Shown here one piece after another: positions 1 to 12,744 of a stretch of 64,000 nt of DNA. Under the pieces are notes generated by a model. That model worked only from the letters and a program-made list of their open reading frames with translations. It did not search any database and was not told the origin of the DNA. The first letter of the stretch is position 1, and every line of letters begins with the position of its first letter. The position numbers and the translations under genes were made by a program. The stretch is from contig CM102285.1 in the NCBI GenBank assembly GCA_046563655.1, positions 5,456,001 to 5,520,000 on the forward strand, read 5' to 3'. This stretch comes from Yuukianura sp. NJ FZ-2021 (lineage: Eukaryota).

Positions 1-3000
1 AAGGTCTTCGTAGCACTGTAAAATCGAAAATTGTTGGTCTCAGCCTCACTGAAATTCAGCTGTATGCACTAATTCCGGCTCTACTATGTGTTCACTAAAC
101 AGAGTAGGATGCCCCGGCGGACTGCAATGCTGTGAAATTAAAACTCTGAATGCAAACGAATAGAGCATGTATTTAAGAAACATGTACCGACTCTAACGCT
201 GAAAATTGAGAAAAAAAGGTCTTCGTAGCACTGTAAAATCGAAAATTGTTGGTCTCAGCCTCACTGAAATTCAGCTGTATGCACTAATTCCGGCTCTACT
301 ATGTGTTCACTAAACAGAGTAGGATGCTCTGGCGGACTGCAATGCTGTGAAATTAAAACTCTGAATGCAAACGAATAGAGCATTTATTTAAGAAACATGT
401 ACCGACGCTAACGCTGAAAATTGAGAAAAAAAGGTCTTCGTAGCACTGTAAAATCGAAAATTGTTGGTCTCAGCCTCACTGAAATTCAGCTGTATGCACT
501 AATTCCGGCTCTACTATGTGTTCACTAAACAGAGTAGGATGCTCCGGCGGACTGCAATGCTGTGAAATTAAAACTCTGAATGCAAACGAATAGAGCATTT
601 ATTTAAGAAACATGTACCGACGCTAACGCTGAAAATTGAGAAAAAAAGGTCTTCGTAGCACTGTAAAATCGAAAATTGTTGGTCTCAGCCTCACTGAAAT
701 TCAGCTGTATGCACTAATTCCGGCTCTACTATGTGTTCACTAAACAAAGTAGGATGCTCCGGCGGACTGCAATGCTATGAAATTAAAATTCTGAATGCAA
801 ACGAATAGAGCAAGTATTCAAGAAACATGTACTGACGCTAACGCTGAAAATTGAGGAAAAAAGGTCTTCGTAGCACTGTAAAATCGAAAATTGTTGGTCT
901 CAGCCTCACTGAAATTCAGCTGTATGCACTAATTCCGGCTCTACTATATGTTCACTAAACAGAGTAGGATGCTCCGGCGGACTGCAATGCTGTGAAATTA
1001 AAACTCTGAATGCAAACGAATAGAGCATTTATTTAAGAAACATGTACCGACGCTAACGCTGAAAATTGAGAAAAAAGGTCTTCGTAGCACTGTAAAATCG
1101 AAAATTGTTGGTCTCAGCCTCACTGAAATTCAGCTGTATGCACTAATTCCGGCTCTACTATGTGTTCACTAAACAGAGTAGGATGCTCCGGCGGACTGCA
1201 ATGCTGTGAAATTAAAACTCTGAATGCAAACGAATAGAGCATTTATTTAAGAAACATGTACCGACGCTAACGCTGAAAATTGAGAAAAAAAGGTCTTCGT
1301 AGCACTGTAAAATCGAAAATTGTTGGTCTCAGCCTCACTGAAATTCACCTGTATGCACTAATTCCGGCTCTACTGTGTTCACTAAACAGAGTAGGATGCT
1401 CCGGCGGACTGCAATGCTGTGAAATTAAAACTCTGAATGCAAACGAATAGAGCATTTATTTAAGAAACATTTAGTGACGCTAACGCTGAAAATTGAGAAA
1501 AAAAGGTCTTCGTAGCACTGTAAAATCGAAAATTGTTGGTCTCAGCCTCACTGAAATTCAGCTGTATGCACTAATTCCGGCTCTACTATGTGTTCACTAA
1601 ACAGAGTAGGATGCCCCGGCGGACTGCAATGCTGTGAAATTAAAACTCTGAATGCAAACGAATAGAGCATGTATTTAAGAAACATGTACCGACTCTAACG
1701 CTGAAAATTGAGAAAAAAAGGTCTTCGTAGCACTGTAAAATCGAAAATTGTTGGTCTCAGCCTCACTGAAATTCAGCTGTATGCACTAATTCCGGCTCTA
1801 CTATGTGTTCACTAAACAGAGTAGGATGCTCCGGCGGACTGCAATGCTGTGAAATTAAAACTCTGAATGCAAACGAATAGAGCATTTATTTAAGAAACAT
1901 GTACCGACGCTAACGCTGAAAATTGAGAAAAAAGGTCTTCGTAGCACTGTAAAATCGAAAATTGTTGGTCTCAGCCTCACTGAAATTCAGCTGTATGCAC
2001 TAATTCCGGCTCTACTATGTGTTCACTAAACAGAGTAGGATGCTCCGGCGGACTGCAATGCTGTGAAATTAAAACTCTGAATGCAAACGAATAGAGCATT
2101 TATTTAAGAAACATGTACCGACGCTAACGCTGAAAATTGAGAAAAAAAGGTCTTCGTAGCACTGTAAAATCGAAAATTGTTGGTCTCAGCCTCACTGAAA
2201 TTCAGCTGTATGCACTAATTCCGGCTCTACTGTGTTCACTAAACAGAGTAGGATGCTCCGGCGGACTGCAATGCTGTGAAATTAAAACTCTGAATGCAAA
2301 CGAATAGAGCATTTATTTAAGAAACATTTAGTGACGCTAACGCTGAAAATTGAGAAAAAAAAGGTCTTCGTAGCACTGTAAAATCGAAAATTGTTGGTCT
2401 CAGCCTCACTGAAATTCAGCTGTATGCACTAATTCCGGCTCTACTATGTGTTCACTAAACAGAGTAGGATGCTCCGGCGGACTGCAAAGCTGTTAAATTA
2501 AAACTCTGAATGCAAACGAATAGAGCATGTATTTAAGAAACATGTACCGACGCTAACGCTGAAAATTGAGCAAAAAGGTCTTCGTAGCACTGTAAAATCG
2601 AAAATTGTTGGTCTCAGCCTCACTGAAATTCAGCTGTATGCACTAATTCCGGCTCTACTATGTGTTCACTAAACAGAGTAGGATGCTCCGGCGGACTGCA
2701 ATGCTGTGAAATTAAAACTCTGAATGCAAACGAATAGAGCATGTATTTAAGAAACATGTAGTGACGCTAACGCTGAAAATTGAGGAAAAAAAGGTCTTCG
2801 TGGCACTGTAACATCGAAAATTGTTGGTCTCAGCCTCACTGAAATTCAGCTGTATGCACTAATTCCGGCTCTACTATGTGTTCACTAAACAGAGTAGGAT
2901 GCGCCGGCCGACTGCAATGCTGTGAAATTAAAGCTCTGAATGCAAACGAATAGAGCATTTATTTAAGAAACATTTAGTGACGCTAACGCTGAAAATTGAG

Positions 3001-4716
3001 AAAAAAAAAGGTCTTCGTAGCACTGTTAAATCGAAAATTGTTGGTCTCAGCCTCACTTAAACTCAGCTGTATGCACTAATTCCGGCTCTACTGTGTTCAC
3101 TAAACAGAGTAGGATGCTCCGGCGGACTGCAATGCTGTGAAATTAAAACTCTGAATGCAAACGAATAGAGCATTTATTTAAGAAACATTTAGTGACGCTA
3201 ACGCTGAAAATTGAGAAAAAAGGTCTTCGTAGCACTGTAAAATCGAAAATTGTTGGTCTCAGCCTCACTGAAATTCAGCTGTATGCACTAATTCCGGCTC
3301 TACTATGTGTTCACTAAACAGAGTAGGATGCTCCGGCGGACTGCAATGCTGTGAAATTAAAACTCTGAATGCAAACGAATAGAGCATTTATTTAAGAAAC
3401 ATGTACCGACGCTAACGCTGAAAATTGAGAAAAAAGGTCTTCGTAGCACTGTAAAATCGAAAATTGTTGGTCTCAGCCTCACTGAAATTCAGCTGTATGC
3501 ACTAATTCCGGCTCTACTATGTGTTCACTAAACAGAGTAGGATGCCCCGGCGGACTGCAATGCTGTGAAATTAAAACTCTGAATGCAAACGAATAGAGCA
3601 TGTATTTAAGAAACATGTACCGACTCTAACGCTGAAAATTGAGAAAAAAGGTCTTCGTAGCACTGTAAAATCGAAAATTGTTGGTCTCAGCCTCACTGAA
3701 ATTCAGCTGTATGCACTAATTCCGGCTCTACTATGTGTTCACTAAACAAAGTAGGATGCTCCGGCGGACTGCAATGCTATGAAATTAAAATTCTGAATGC
3801 AAACGAATAGAGCAAGTATTTAAGAAACATGTACTGACGCTAACGCTGAAAATTGAGAAAAAAAAGGTCTTCGTAGCACTGTAAAATCGAAAATTGTTGG
3901 TCTCAGCCTCACTGAAATTCAGCTGTATGCACTAATTCCGGCTCTACTATATGTTCACTAAACAGAGTAGGATGCTCCGGCGGACTGCAATGCTGTGAAA
4001 TTAAAACTCTGAATGCAAACGAATAGAGCATTTATTTAAGAAACATGTACCGACGCTAACGCTGAAAATTGAGAAAAAAGGTCTTCGTAGCACTGTAAAA
4101 TCGAAAATTGTTGGTCTCAGCCTCACTGAAATTCAGCTGTATGCACTAATTCCGGCTCTACTATGTGTTCACTAAACAGAGTAGGATGCTCCGGCGGACT
4201 GCAATGCTGTGAAATTAAAACTCTGAATGCAAACGAATAGAGCATTTATTTAAGAAACATGTACCGACGCTAACGCTGAAAATTGAGAAAAAAGGTCTTC
4301 GTAGCACTGTAAAATCGAAAATTGTTGGTCTCAGCCTCACTGAAATTCAGCTGTATGCACTAATTCCGGCTCTACTATGGGTTCACTAAACAGAGTAGGA
4401 TGCTCCGGCGGACTGCAATGCTATGAAATTAAAACTCTGAATGCAAACGAATAGAGCATGTATTTAAGAAACATGTAGTGATGCTAACGCTGAAAATTGA
4501 GAAAAAAAAAGGTCTTCGTGGCACCGTAAAATCGGAAATTGTTGGTCTCAGCCTCACTGAAATTCAGCTGTATGCACTAATTCCGGCTCTACTATGTGTT
4601 CACTAAACAGAGTAGGATGCTCCGGCGGACTGCAATGCTATGAAATTAAAATTCTGAATGCCAGCGAATAGAGCATGTATTTAAGAAACATGTACTGACG
4701 CTAACGCTGAAAATTG
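1..4716. repeat. Satellite array, ~215-bp unit, ~22 copies, truncated by the window start
   Basis: The unit start AAGGTCTTCGTAGCACTG recurs at 1, 216, 431, 646 and so on. Copies differ by a few SNPs and by poly-A length. No ORF of 60 aa or more in the track. Confidence 0.98.
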
Positions 4717-4790
4717 GCATAAACTGCGCACCAACTGCGCACAAACTGCGCATAAAGTACGCACAAACTGCGCATAAACTGCGCACATAA
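4717..4790. repeat. 11-bp minisatellite (AACTGCGCAYA) closing the 215-bp array
   Basis: About 6 tandem copies directly after the last satellite unit. Confidence 0.85.
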
Positions 4791-5050
4791 ACAATTTTCC
4801 AATGTGACATGTTGTTTAATTTAACAACAGTTTAATTTTCTTTGTGCAAGCTGTGCAATAAGTTCCATATTTCATATTTCCGCTTTGTATTTCGGTTTGC
4901 AGTTACTCTCTAATTCGAATTCTCAACTCAGGTTGTGTAGGAACAGGATTTCCTCCATAGTTTGAGTTGTTACCATGGAAACAAATTTAGGGTGTGCAGG
5001 TTTTCGTGGCACTCACTGTACATTCCCGAACCCTCCCGACGACATTTAGT

Positions 5051-5784
5051 CAGTGTTGGTGGATTGATAAAATATTTCCTCCACTCCCCTCAAAAGTGGT
5101 GGATATATCCGGATTTATCCAGGGGATATATCCTGGACGCAGGCCATTTTCGATTACAGGGGGTTCGATTACACGATTACACAGAATACGATTACAGATT
5201 ACTAATCTGTAATCTGTAATCGAAACGGGTACTGTAATCGTAATCGAGAGTGTAATCGATTACAAAATTTTTGACTGAGTAATGGTAATCGTAATCGAAC
5301 CCTTTATAAAAAAATTTCGATTACTAGCATTTTTTCCAAAATATGCCCAATCCTGGATATTGTTCTATGAAAAACCCCAAATGTCCATTCCTTGCTACAT
5401 TCCATGTTAGCAAGAGAGCCAGACAGACAACAAGAATTAGTTTCTGCCGACAATGTAAGATCCAGAAGCTCAATAAAATAGTGTCAGAGTACTGATAATA
5501 ACAAAATTCAACTTTTGGCTTAGGAAATAAGGAAAATTTCTTCAGCATTTGAATTTGTTTGTAATCGAAAAATGTAATCGAATTAACTGTAAGATTACGA
5601 TTACAGATTACAGATTACTAATTTTCGAATACGATTACAGCCTTAAGTAATCGTATTCGAAGACAGTAATCGATTACAGAATTTCAAATGTAATCAAGTA
5701 ATCTGTAATCGATTACTTTTTTTGTGTAATCGAAAATGGCCTGCCTGGACGAAATGCTATAAAAATGGATATCCACCAACACTG
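5051..5784. mobile_element. hAT-like MITE (outer element of a nested pair)
   Basis: 14-bp TIR CAGTGTTGGTGGAT (5051-5064) / ATCCACCAACACTG (5771-5784). Flanks CATTTAGT / CATTTAGG form a 7-of-8 TSD. Confidence 0.75.
5140..5743. mobile_element. hAT-like MITE with GTAATCGATTAC subterminal motifs (inner element)
   Basis: 19-bp perfect TIR CAGGCCATTTTCGATTACA. Perfect 8-bp TSD CCTGGACG at 5132-5139 and 5744-5751. Confidence 0.9.
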
Positions 5785-6104
5785 CATTTAGGACATTCCG
5801 GCTCCTTGCACTTTCCCACCACCACAATTCAATAAACTAACTTCTACAAAAAAAATCACCACAAAGGAGTATTTCCAGACTTTACATTAATTGAATCGGT
5901 CCTGAAAATTTTACCACCTTTTAATCCAGATATAATGGGCTTGGAGGTATTTTTAACGAAAATAATAACATCCTGGACTGCTGGAAATATTGTTTTATAA
6001 TGAAATATAATTACGGCAGCAAAAATTCCGCTTAATTTCCCCTGTAAGGTTAGGTTAGAATTGAATTTTGAATGAAAAAATGAAATCAACAAAGCTCAAA
6101 CATT

Positions 6105-6392
6105 AGGGAGTTTGCGTTTCAAATCATTTATAGAATTTATAGAAAATATAGAATTTACCAAGTCCCGTCCCTTCTAACACCCCTCCACCCGTTTTGTTAC
6201 GCCTCTCGCGATTGGTCGATTTCAAATTCGTGACGTCACTTTCCCACTTTCCAAACGTTTTTCATTTATGGCACTTATAGAACGTGTTTATAAATTTTGT
6301 AGATCCGAAAAGTTTAAAAAGTGACGTCACTTCTCACCGTAAATTCTATACTTTCTATAATTTCTATAAATGATTTATAACGCAAACTCCCT
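6105..6392. mobile_element. MITE, PIF/Harbinger-like
   Basis: ~40-bp imperfect TIR AGGGAGTTTGCGTT...AACGCAAACTCCCT with ATT on both sides. Superfamily inferred from the 3-bp TSD only. Confidence 0.7.
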
Positions 6393-6602
6393 ATTAAAGA
6401 TAGAAATATAATTATGCAGTTGTTTCGAAATCTCACTTCTCCAAAATATTTTTTATTAACGTTTGCCGCTCTCTGCTTGCATTATAGTTAAGTATGGTTT
6501 ATTAGTAGTAGATGGTTACTTAAGTCTACTAAAATTAAAAAACACCTATAGCCAAGTCCTGTACGTTCGTTCCTTCTCACCCGCGTACTTTATATAAAGA
6601 AT

Positions 6603-9023
6603 TCAATGCCAAGCAACTTCCGATTTTTCTGAAATATAACCAGGGGTTGTAGATGTCTTCTGATGTACACGCCAATTGATTCCAGCGCCCTTGAACGGTA
6701 TGTCTGTAGACGACTGTTGTACAGGAATAGTGCTAGATGCACATCTTGCTACTGACTCACAGAACATTGGCTCTCCGTCTCCCCGGAAGCTGGTAATACA
6801 TTTCCATCCACCGTTGAAGCCTCCTGCAATAAAGTAACATTTGTTATTTTGAATTTGCCGTGGCAGGCATGCGCCATTTAAATTAAAGTATGGATTGAAA
6901 AATGTGCTTGAAATAGTCAATGCAACCGAAATGTAGCTACATTTACCTAACTTTTAACTATCAGCCAGTCTACTCAACCTGACAGGTTCCTCTATGAAGC
7001 GGGAATCCTGTCCTTAGAAGTAAATTATATGACGACGCCTATTGAAATCTAGCGTGGATTTTTTTTCTCCCGCCGTTAAGGTTCCAGGTAAGTTGGTCGG
7101 AATTGGATTGGTCGAAAACGCAGCGGTCGGCAAACTTAACCTACCCCTAGCATATATATAGAAATATTAACCAAACATAACCTAAATCCCATATACGCCT
7201 GCCGACCTCTGCGTTTCCGACCAATCCGACCAATTCACTTCCGACCAAATTACCTGCTACGGCCGTTAATGGCCGGTGAGCTACTAATGCTGCCTCTATG
7301 ATATAATAATAGCCTGATAAGAAGTCGACCAATTGCTGGATAACTAAACTGATGGCCAACAACATGGGCCCAAATATAATAAACATTTAAAATAGTAATT
7401 CGTGATAACCTTTCCAAACTTTAATGCAACCATCATCCCCTGAAGTCGCAAGGATAGTGCCCGTAACATTCCACGCAACTCTCCATACTGTGGCGTTGTG
7501 TTCGGTTCCATGTGCAATAACACGGGAGACATACTTCGATGTGCCAGTTGATTCATCCACCCTAAATTAAACAAGGTATATGTTTATGATATTGCTATCA
7601 ATAATATTTATGCTTTCTGACTTTCATATTCTGGACTTTTCAGCAGATATATATTTCCTTCTCACTTTAGACCAAAATAACTGTTACGGCTTAACGAGTG
7701 ACGGGCAAAGCATATAAGGTTATTTAAGAGATATTATAAAAATACGAAACTGGTTTAGTATTGAAATCAAAACTTACTGTTCTGTTTCTAGTGCAACAAT
7801 CTTCATGTCTTTGGAAGCAATTCCCAATACATGGAATGACCGTCCCAAACTCGGCGCAAACGCCAAGTCATTTACAGGATCTACCACGTCGGCAAGACTT
7901 TCACACTTAATCCAGCGTCGGGAGTTCTCATTAAACTCATATAGAAGCACTTTTGGAGTAGCAGGACTGGGGTCGTCAGAGCCAACTGCCAGCAAAGCAG
8001 GAGAATGTCTGTTATACACAAGATTCCAGGCAAGACAGGAGCAAGATACTTTCACTGAGATTTCATGCTGCAGGCTCCACTGTGTTAAATTCATAACGTC
8101 TGGGGCCTCGTAGATGCGAACAAATCCATCAGCTGAACAACTGGCAAGTATGAGGCCGAGTGGCTTGGGTGCAAACTTGACATCCGTGACGCTTGTCCTC
8201 GAATCAACCAACGTAGTTCGCTTGACCCAATGTGTTCCAGATGCTCTTTCACTCTGACTGCTTTCCCCAACTACAAAGTAAATATCCAGAATTAAACATC
8301 GACACACCACACGGTACTTCTACTTTTATAACTAAAATTAACGGCAGTTTTAGTTATCAAGTACTGGTTAGAGTTGTGATCTGGGCAGAATTGCAGTTTC
8401 ATTCCAAACCTAACCATAAAAGTTAGAACCAACCACCAACCACCCTGGTAGTTGAATGGGGATTCGAACTTTAGAATGAAACATTGAAACTGCAACTCAG
8501 CCGTGATCGCATCAACTGTTCCAACTATTAATAGAATGGGAATGGGAAATTGCAGCCAAACGCTAAGAAAGTTCTTTCGTAAAAAAGTTGTTTCGTTGTA
8601 GTGTTTTAAAACAACCAAAAAGTTGACAGAAACAACGAAAACGAGTTGTAAAGAAAAAATTCTCGCGCAGCAAGCCGTATTTTTAAAAAAAAATCCTAAT
8701 GCGGAGAATACGTTTAGAATCCCCCCGTCCCCAATCCGCATCTTTTAGTTACCAACTTCTTCCCAAACAACCGCGGTCCTGTCAAATGAGCACGTTGCAA
8801 TAACTTGTCCAAAGTCTGGGTTTGCCCAAGTAACTTTCCAAACACTTCCCGAGTGAGCCTTCCAGTACGCAGTGCAGTTCCAGTTTCCGGTGGTTACGTC
8901 AACTTCCCAAATACGGATGGAATGGTCACTGGAACATGTGGCCATTCTAGTGCCGTAAAAGTCATACGCAACGTCATGTATTAAATCCTTGTGCTCCGTG
9001 CTGATATGTCTGGCAGAAAACAT
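6603..9023 (-). CDS. SEH1: Nucleoporin / GATOR2 subunit SEH1 (WD40). Exons 9023-8753, 8270-7778, 7561-7410, 6823-6603
   Basis: [64 protein letters not shown] and [30 protein letters not shown] match SEH1 hallmarks. GT-AG introns join in frame. Confidence 0.95.
7080..7261. mobile_element. Small foldback element with asymmetric ends (Mutator/Phantom-like) in the last SEH1 intron
   Basis: Ends GGTTCCAGGT...ACCTGCTACG. Subterminal inverted GGTCGGAA/TTCCGACC motifs. TSD GCCGTTAA at 7072-7079 and 7262-7269. Confidence 0.75.
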
Positions 9024-10794
9024 CTTGAGGAGACGTGGTGCAGCAATCGTTCAACACAATAATTAATTCACAAAACCCGAGCCGGAAACCCTACATTCGG
9101 GACGAAAACAAATTACTAAAAAAAAAAGAAAGAAAGTACAACAAGGCATAAAACTCAAAACAACTGCAAGGCCCTGACTAAAAGTCTGAAGTGCTATCTG
9201 AAGTTGCTGTCTAGGTTAGGAAAAAGCTTTTTTGGTGAATTTGATATCATTGGATGCCAAATTTTGTCTAGTTTTTAAAACAGTAATTAGTTTTAGAAAT
9301 ATTTAAGCATTAATACGAAATATTTATAGAAAATTCTAGCCCAATTGACAAAGTCGCAGTGACGGGAGGTCGGGTCTCCACTCCACAGGCTGCGACCTAG
9401 CCGCAAAAATTTTTTCGAAAAGTGGCAACGCTGTATCCATTCGGAATGCATTGAAAATCAATGAAATTGCACTTGGGGTACAATTTCAATATTTGCTTGT
9501 CAAAATATACTCCAATTTCCAGTACAGTCATTTATAATTTTTTAATTTAGTATTATCATAATTAAAATCTTAACGCTTTCGTTACCCATTGATTTCCTTT
9601 TGGAACACATTTTTGAAAATTACGAGAGTTTTCTATAAAGACCCTATGCACCCCTGATAGTAAAAAAATGGCTGTTTTTTGGAAATCATAATTTGTTTTA
9701 ACAAAACAAATACTTAATTTAAAAAAAATGATAGCAATTTTTTGTTTCCTCATAACTTCGAAATAAGAATCACCTAGAATCTGGATTCAATAATTGAATA
9801 GCCGTTAACTAAGCCATAGCTTATTTTTGACTTTTTTTAAACAAAATTCTTTCAGATTCGTGCTCAGCATCTTTAAATTCGTGTACAAACCGATTTTCCT
9901 TGTTGATTTCAATTTTCACTGAACGAATTTTCTTTTCGAAATTTTGAAACTAAAATTTTCTTTGAACAAATTTTTATTTCCGGAAATTTCCCTTTGCTTT
10001 TTTTTTACTAGCAGGGGACCATGGAGTCATCGGAGAAAAACTGTCATAATTTTCAAAACTGGACACGTTAGCAAAGTTTTGCCTACTTTTTTAAGCATGA
10101 ATTATATTAAATGATATGCATTTCATGAATTATTTAATTGGGTCCCCTCTTTTGCCAGTGGTGTATACAGGGATGCATTGAAAATAACCTCCCAACGCTC
10201 TCGCTCTATAGTTCTACGTGAAATCCACGCATATTTTTGTTACTTTTGTGTATCAAGCACTTATAGTTGTAAAACAAAACTATTCAAAAACTTACAGCTC
10301 AAAGATTAAATAAAAATAGCCACAGTGCTGCGATACGATGAACTCATTCAAAATACACGTGAATTATAGGCAACACTGCAAAGACCAATTTCTGAGACCC
10401 TGCTGTACTTCCAGTAGTTGACACAAGATGGGTCTGGAACGGGTCGCTTGGAGGAGAGACAGAGCCGCCTCCTGTAGCGACCCAGGGTCGCTACAGGAAG
10501 CGACTCGGACTCTTCCATAGGAGACTACTATAGACTGACAGTGTTCCCCTTGCAATGCAATCAGGTGTAGCGTGTATGATTTTCCCGCACTTTCGTTACT
10601 ACCACGAAAAATAGCGTCTCTTGCTTAATCAGCTCTCCTCGGTTACGTACGTTTACCATATAATTATGTACCAGCCTATATGATATGAATGGTTATTCAT
10701 AAAGTAAACTCCGTATGTAAGTAGCGAAATGATGTTAACATCATTCGCTTACATTTGTTAACATGTTAGCATCTTGAACAAAATCATTTGTTTT

Positions 10795-12744
10795 TCATTG
10801 TCCTTCCTTGTCTCCCAGAAGCATCGTAACTAGCATATTGAGAAGCATGTTGAGAAGGACAAGGCGTGTTCCTTTTTCTACAAAGAGCGCATGCGTCAGT
10901 TGACACCGAAGTGGACGACACGACTTGAGGAAGCAATTCATGTAGCGTATGTGCAACTGTCCGGTGTTCGTGTCCAACTTTGTGGCAATCGCTGTCATGT
11001 AGTTCCTCTTGTAATTTTCTTGGATTCTGGATGAGTTTTCATGGATCCAGGCCATTTGATCCACAGCAAACTGATGTTCAACGAACAGAAGTGAAGCCAC
11101 TCCGGGCAGAAGCGAGAAGACGATGAGTGACACACGTCCGTAGAGGCGAATCGATCCGTAGGTGCTGACGACAAAGCAGATTTCAACGAGCGATTTGAAA
11201 ACGGGGATGACGAGAGATGCAAAGGACGTGTTGTAGAGAACGTTGAGAAGCGCCAGAGGGCGGTAGAGACGAATGTTTTCCTCCGCTTTGCCGAAACCTT
11301 CCTTGGCCAAGGTCACAGGCAACTCCATGCTGTAAAAAAGCAAGGCCAGCTGGAGTTTTCACTAAGTAAAGCCATATTCAAGGTGTGTAAACAAATAAAA
11401 TGTTTTTTCAACACCAGGTTCTCCAATAACTCGGGTTTTTCAATTTGGTGCAAAAATTTGCAAAAATGAAAACAACTGAACTTCACCTCCATCTATTACA
11501 ATTTTTAACTTTTTTTATGCCTATGCCCAAGATTGCGATAGCGACCAAAAGACGTAAGAGGTTATCTCATAATTCCGATTTTCAAAAAAAAAGAAAAAGA
11601 ACAACTTTGGTACGAATTTCTTACGAATTTTTTCTTACCAAAAACGTTGGCTTTTTCTTACGCTTTGCTATAGGAATTTTTTAGTTTTGATTTCGAATTG
11701 CTAACGCAACGGAAGCGTGTAAGGGTAGCGCAAGACGTGTGATTCAAAAAATTTAAAATCAAGTAAACAGGACTTTTGACATACCCTTATTAGAAGAAAT
11801 AAACAAAATTTCGAGTTAAACAAGCTTGGCCTATGCCAATTAGGTGGAAAAAATAGGGAAAAAAGAATAAACAAAATCTTTGCAGAATTGGGGTAGAAAT
11901 TTGTTTGAAGTACGATTTATGGAAACCCTGAGTTATTGGACAACCTGTTGTAGAAAATAACAATAGTTATTTCCTGTTGTCAAGGAACTTCTTTGGTCTT
12001 ACCACACTTTTTTGACCCAGAATGTTGTAGAGACAATGTAGAAGAATCCAAAGAGGACGACGAAGAGATGGAACATCATAACCTTGTACGCCTGAAACGC
12101 CTCTAGAACAAAAAACAAAAATTGGATCGACGCAGTTCTACTTTCGACCGGCACAGCAGAGTAGATGTAATGCGTATTTCCTGGCATCGCAAGAAACAGC
12201 GCTGCATATATACAAGCCACTACGTTGATCCAGCGATGTAAAAATCTGATCACGTTGTCTCGCACGTTAGAGATGTGGTAGCAGCGGCCCATGTATACTT
12301 TTCCTAAAAACCAAACAAACAAAAGAGTTCAAAATTTTCAAAAGAAAAAAAGGTTAGTATATTGTAATTTTAGTTAGGTTTTGCGTTTTGAGAACCTTCA
12401 CCCATGTTGAACGCCTTCAGTTGATTGAATAACATAGACATTTCCGTTGTGTAGATAAACATATGCAGATGAAATGTAACGCATACAACATGGGCGAGGA
12501 TAGCACAGGCATGGAATGGAAACGAATCGAGAGTGTAGCCACCTCCAAATCGTTCCCAAAGACGAAACAAAATGAAGACAAGGTAAGCACAAGAGAAGAG
12601 AAAGTTGGCAGTGACAAGGACCCGTTTGACCTTTGACTTTGTCGGGGACAAGCGTCCGTTTTTCCAGTCAAATGGAAACGAAAAGCTTGTCGATACAATT
12701 CTGGCGTACTGCTCAACCAACTCCATTTCACGTTTCGTAAGCAT
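10795..12744 (-). CDS. Multi-pass membrane protein, ~390 aa, gustatory/7TM chemoreceptor-like. Exons 12744-~12402, 12303-12003, 11329-10795
   Basis: Three hydrophobic ORF blocks join in frame at GT-AG sites. About 7 TM segments, with a C-terminal KSCRPLRC motif before a final TM helix. Family assignment is inferred from size and topology. Confidence 0.7.
11415..11947. mobile_element. Tc1/mariner-like MITE in the chemoreceptor intron, containing a nested insertion (~11527-11829)
   Basis: TIR CAGGTTCTCCAATAACTC / GAGTTATTGGACAACCTG. The inner element starts CAAGATTGCGATAGCGA like the 17053 element and is flanked by duplicated GCCTATGC. Confidence 0.65.

Noticed and set aside
1..4716. CRISPR array or tandem RNA gene cluster (5S, SL, snRNA, hammerhead)
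   Set aside because: Whole units repeat with no unique spacers, the context is eukaryotic, and I found no recognisable RNA family motif or CUGANGA/GAAA core.
8292..8741. 149-aa minus-strand ORF
   Set aside because: It lies wholly within SEH1 intron 1 and has no protein-like features.
10369..10548. RNase P/MRP RNA (GGAAGAGUCCGAG resembles CR-I)
   Set aside because: Only ~180 nt, with no convincing CR-II to CR-V motifs. Kept only as an unassigned structured island.
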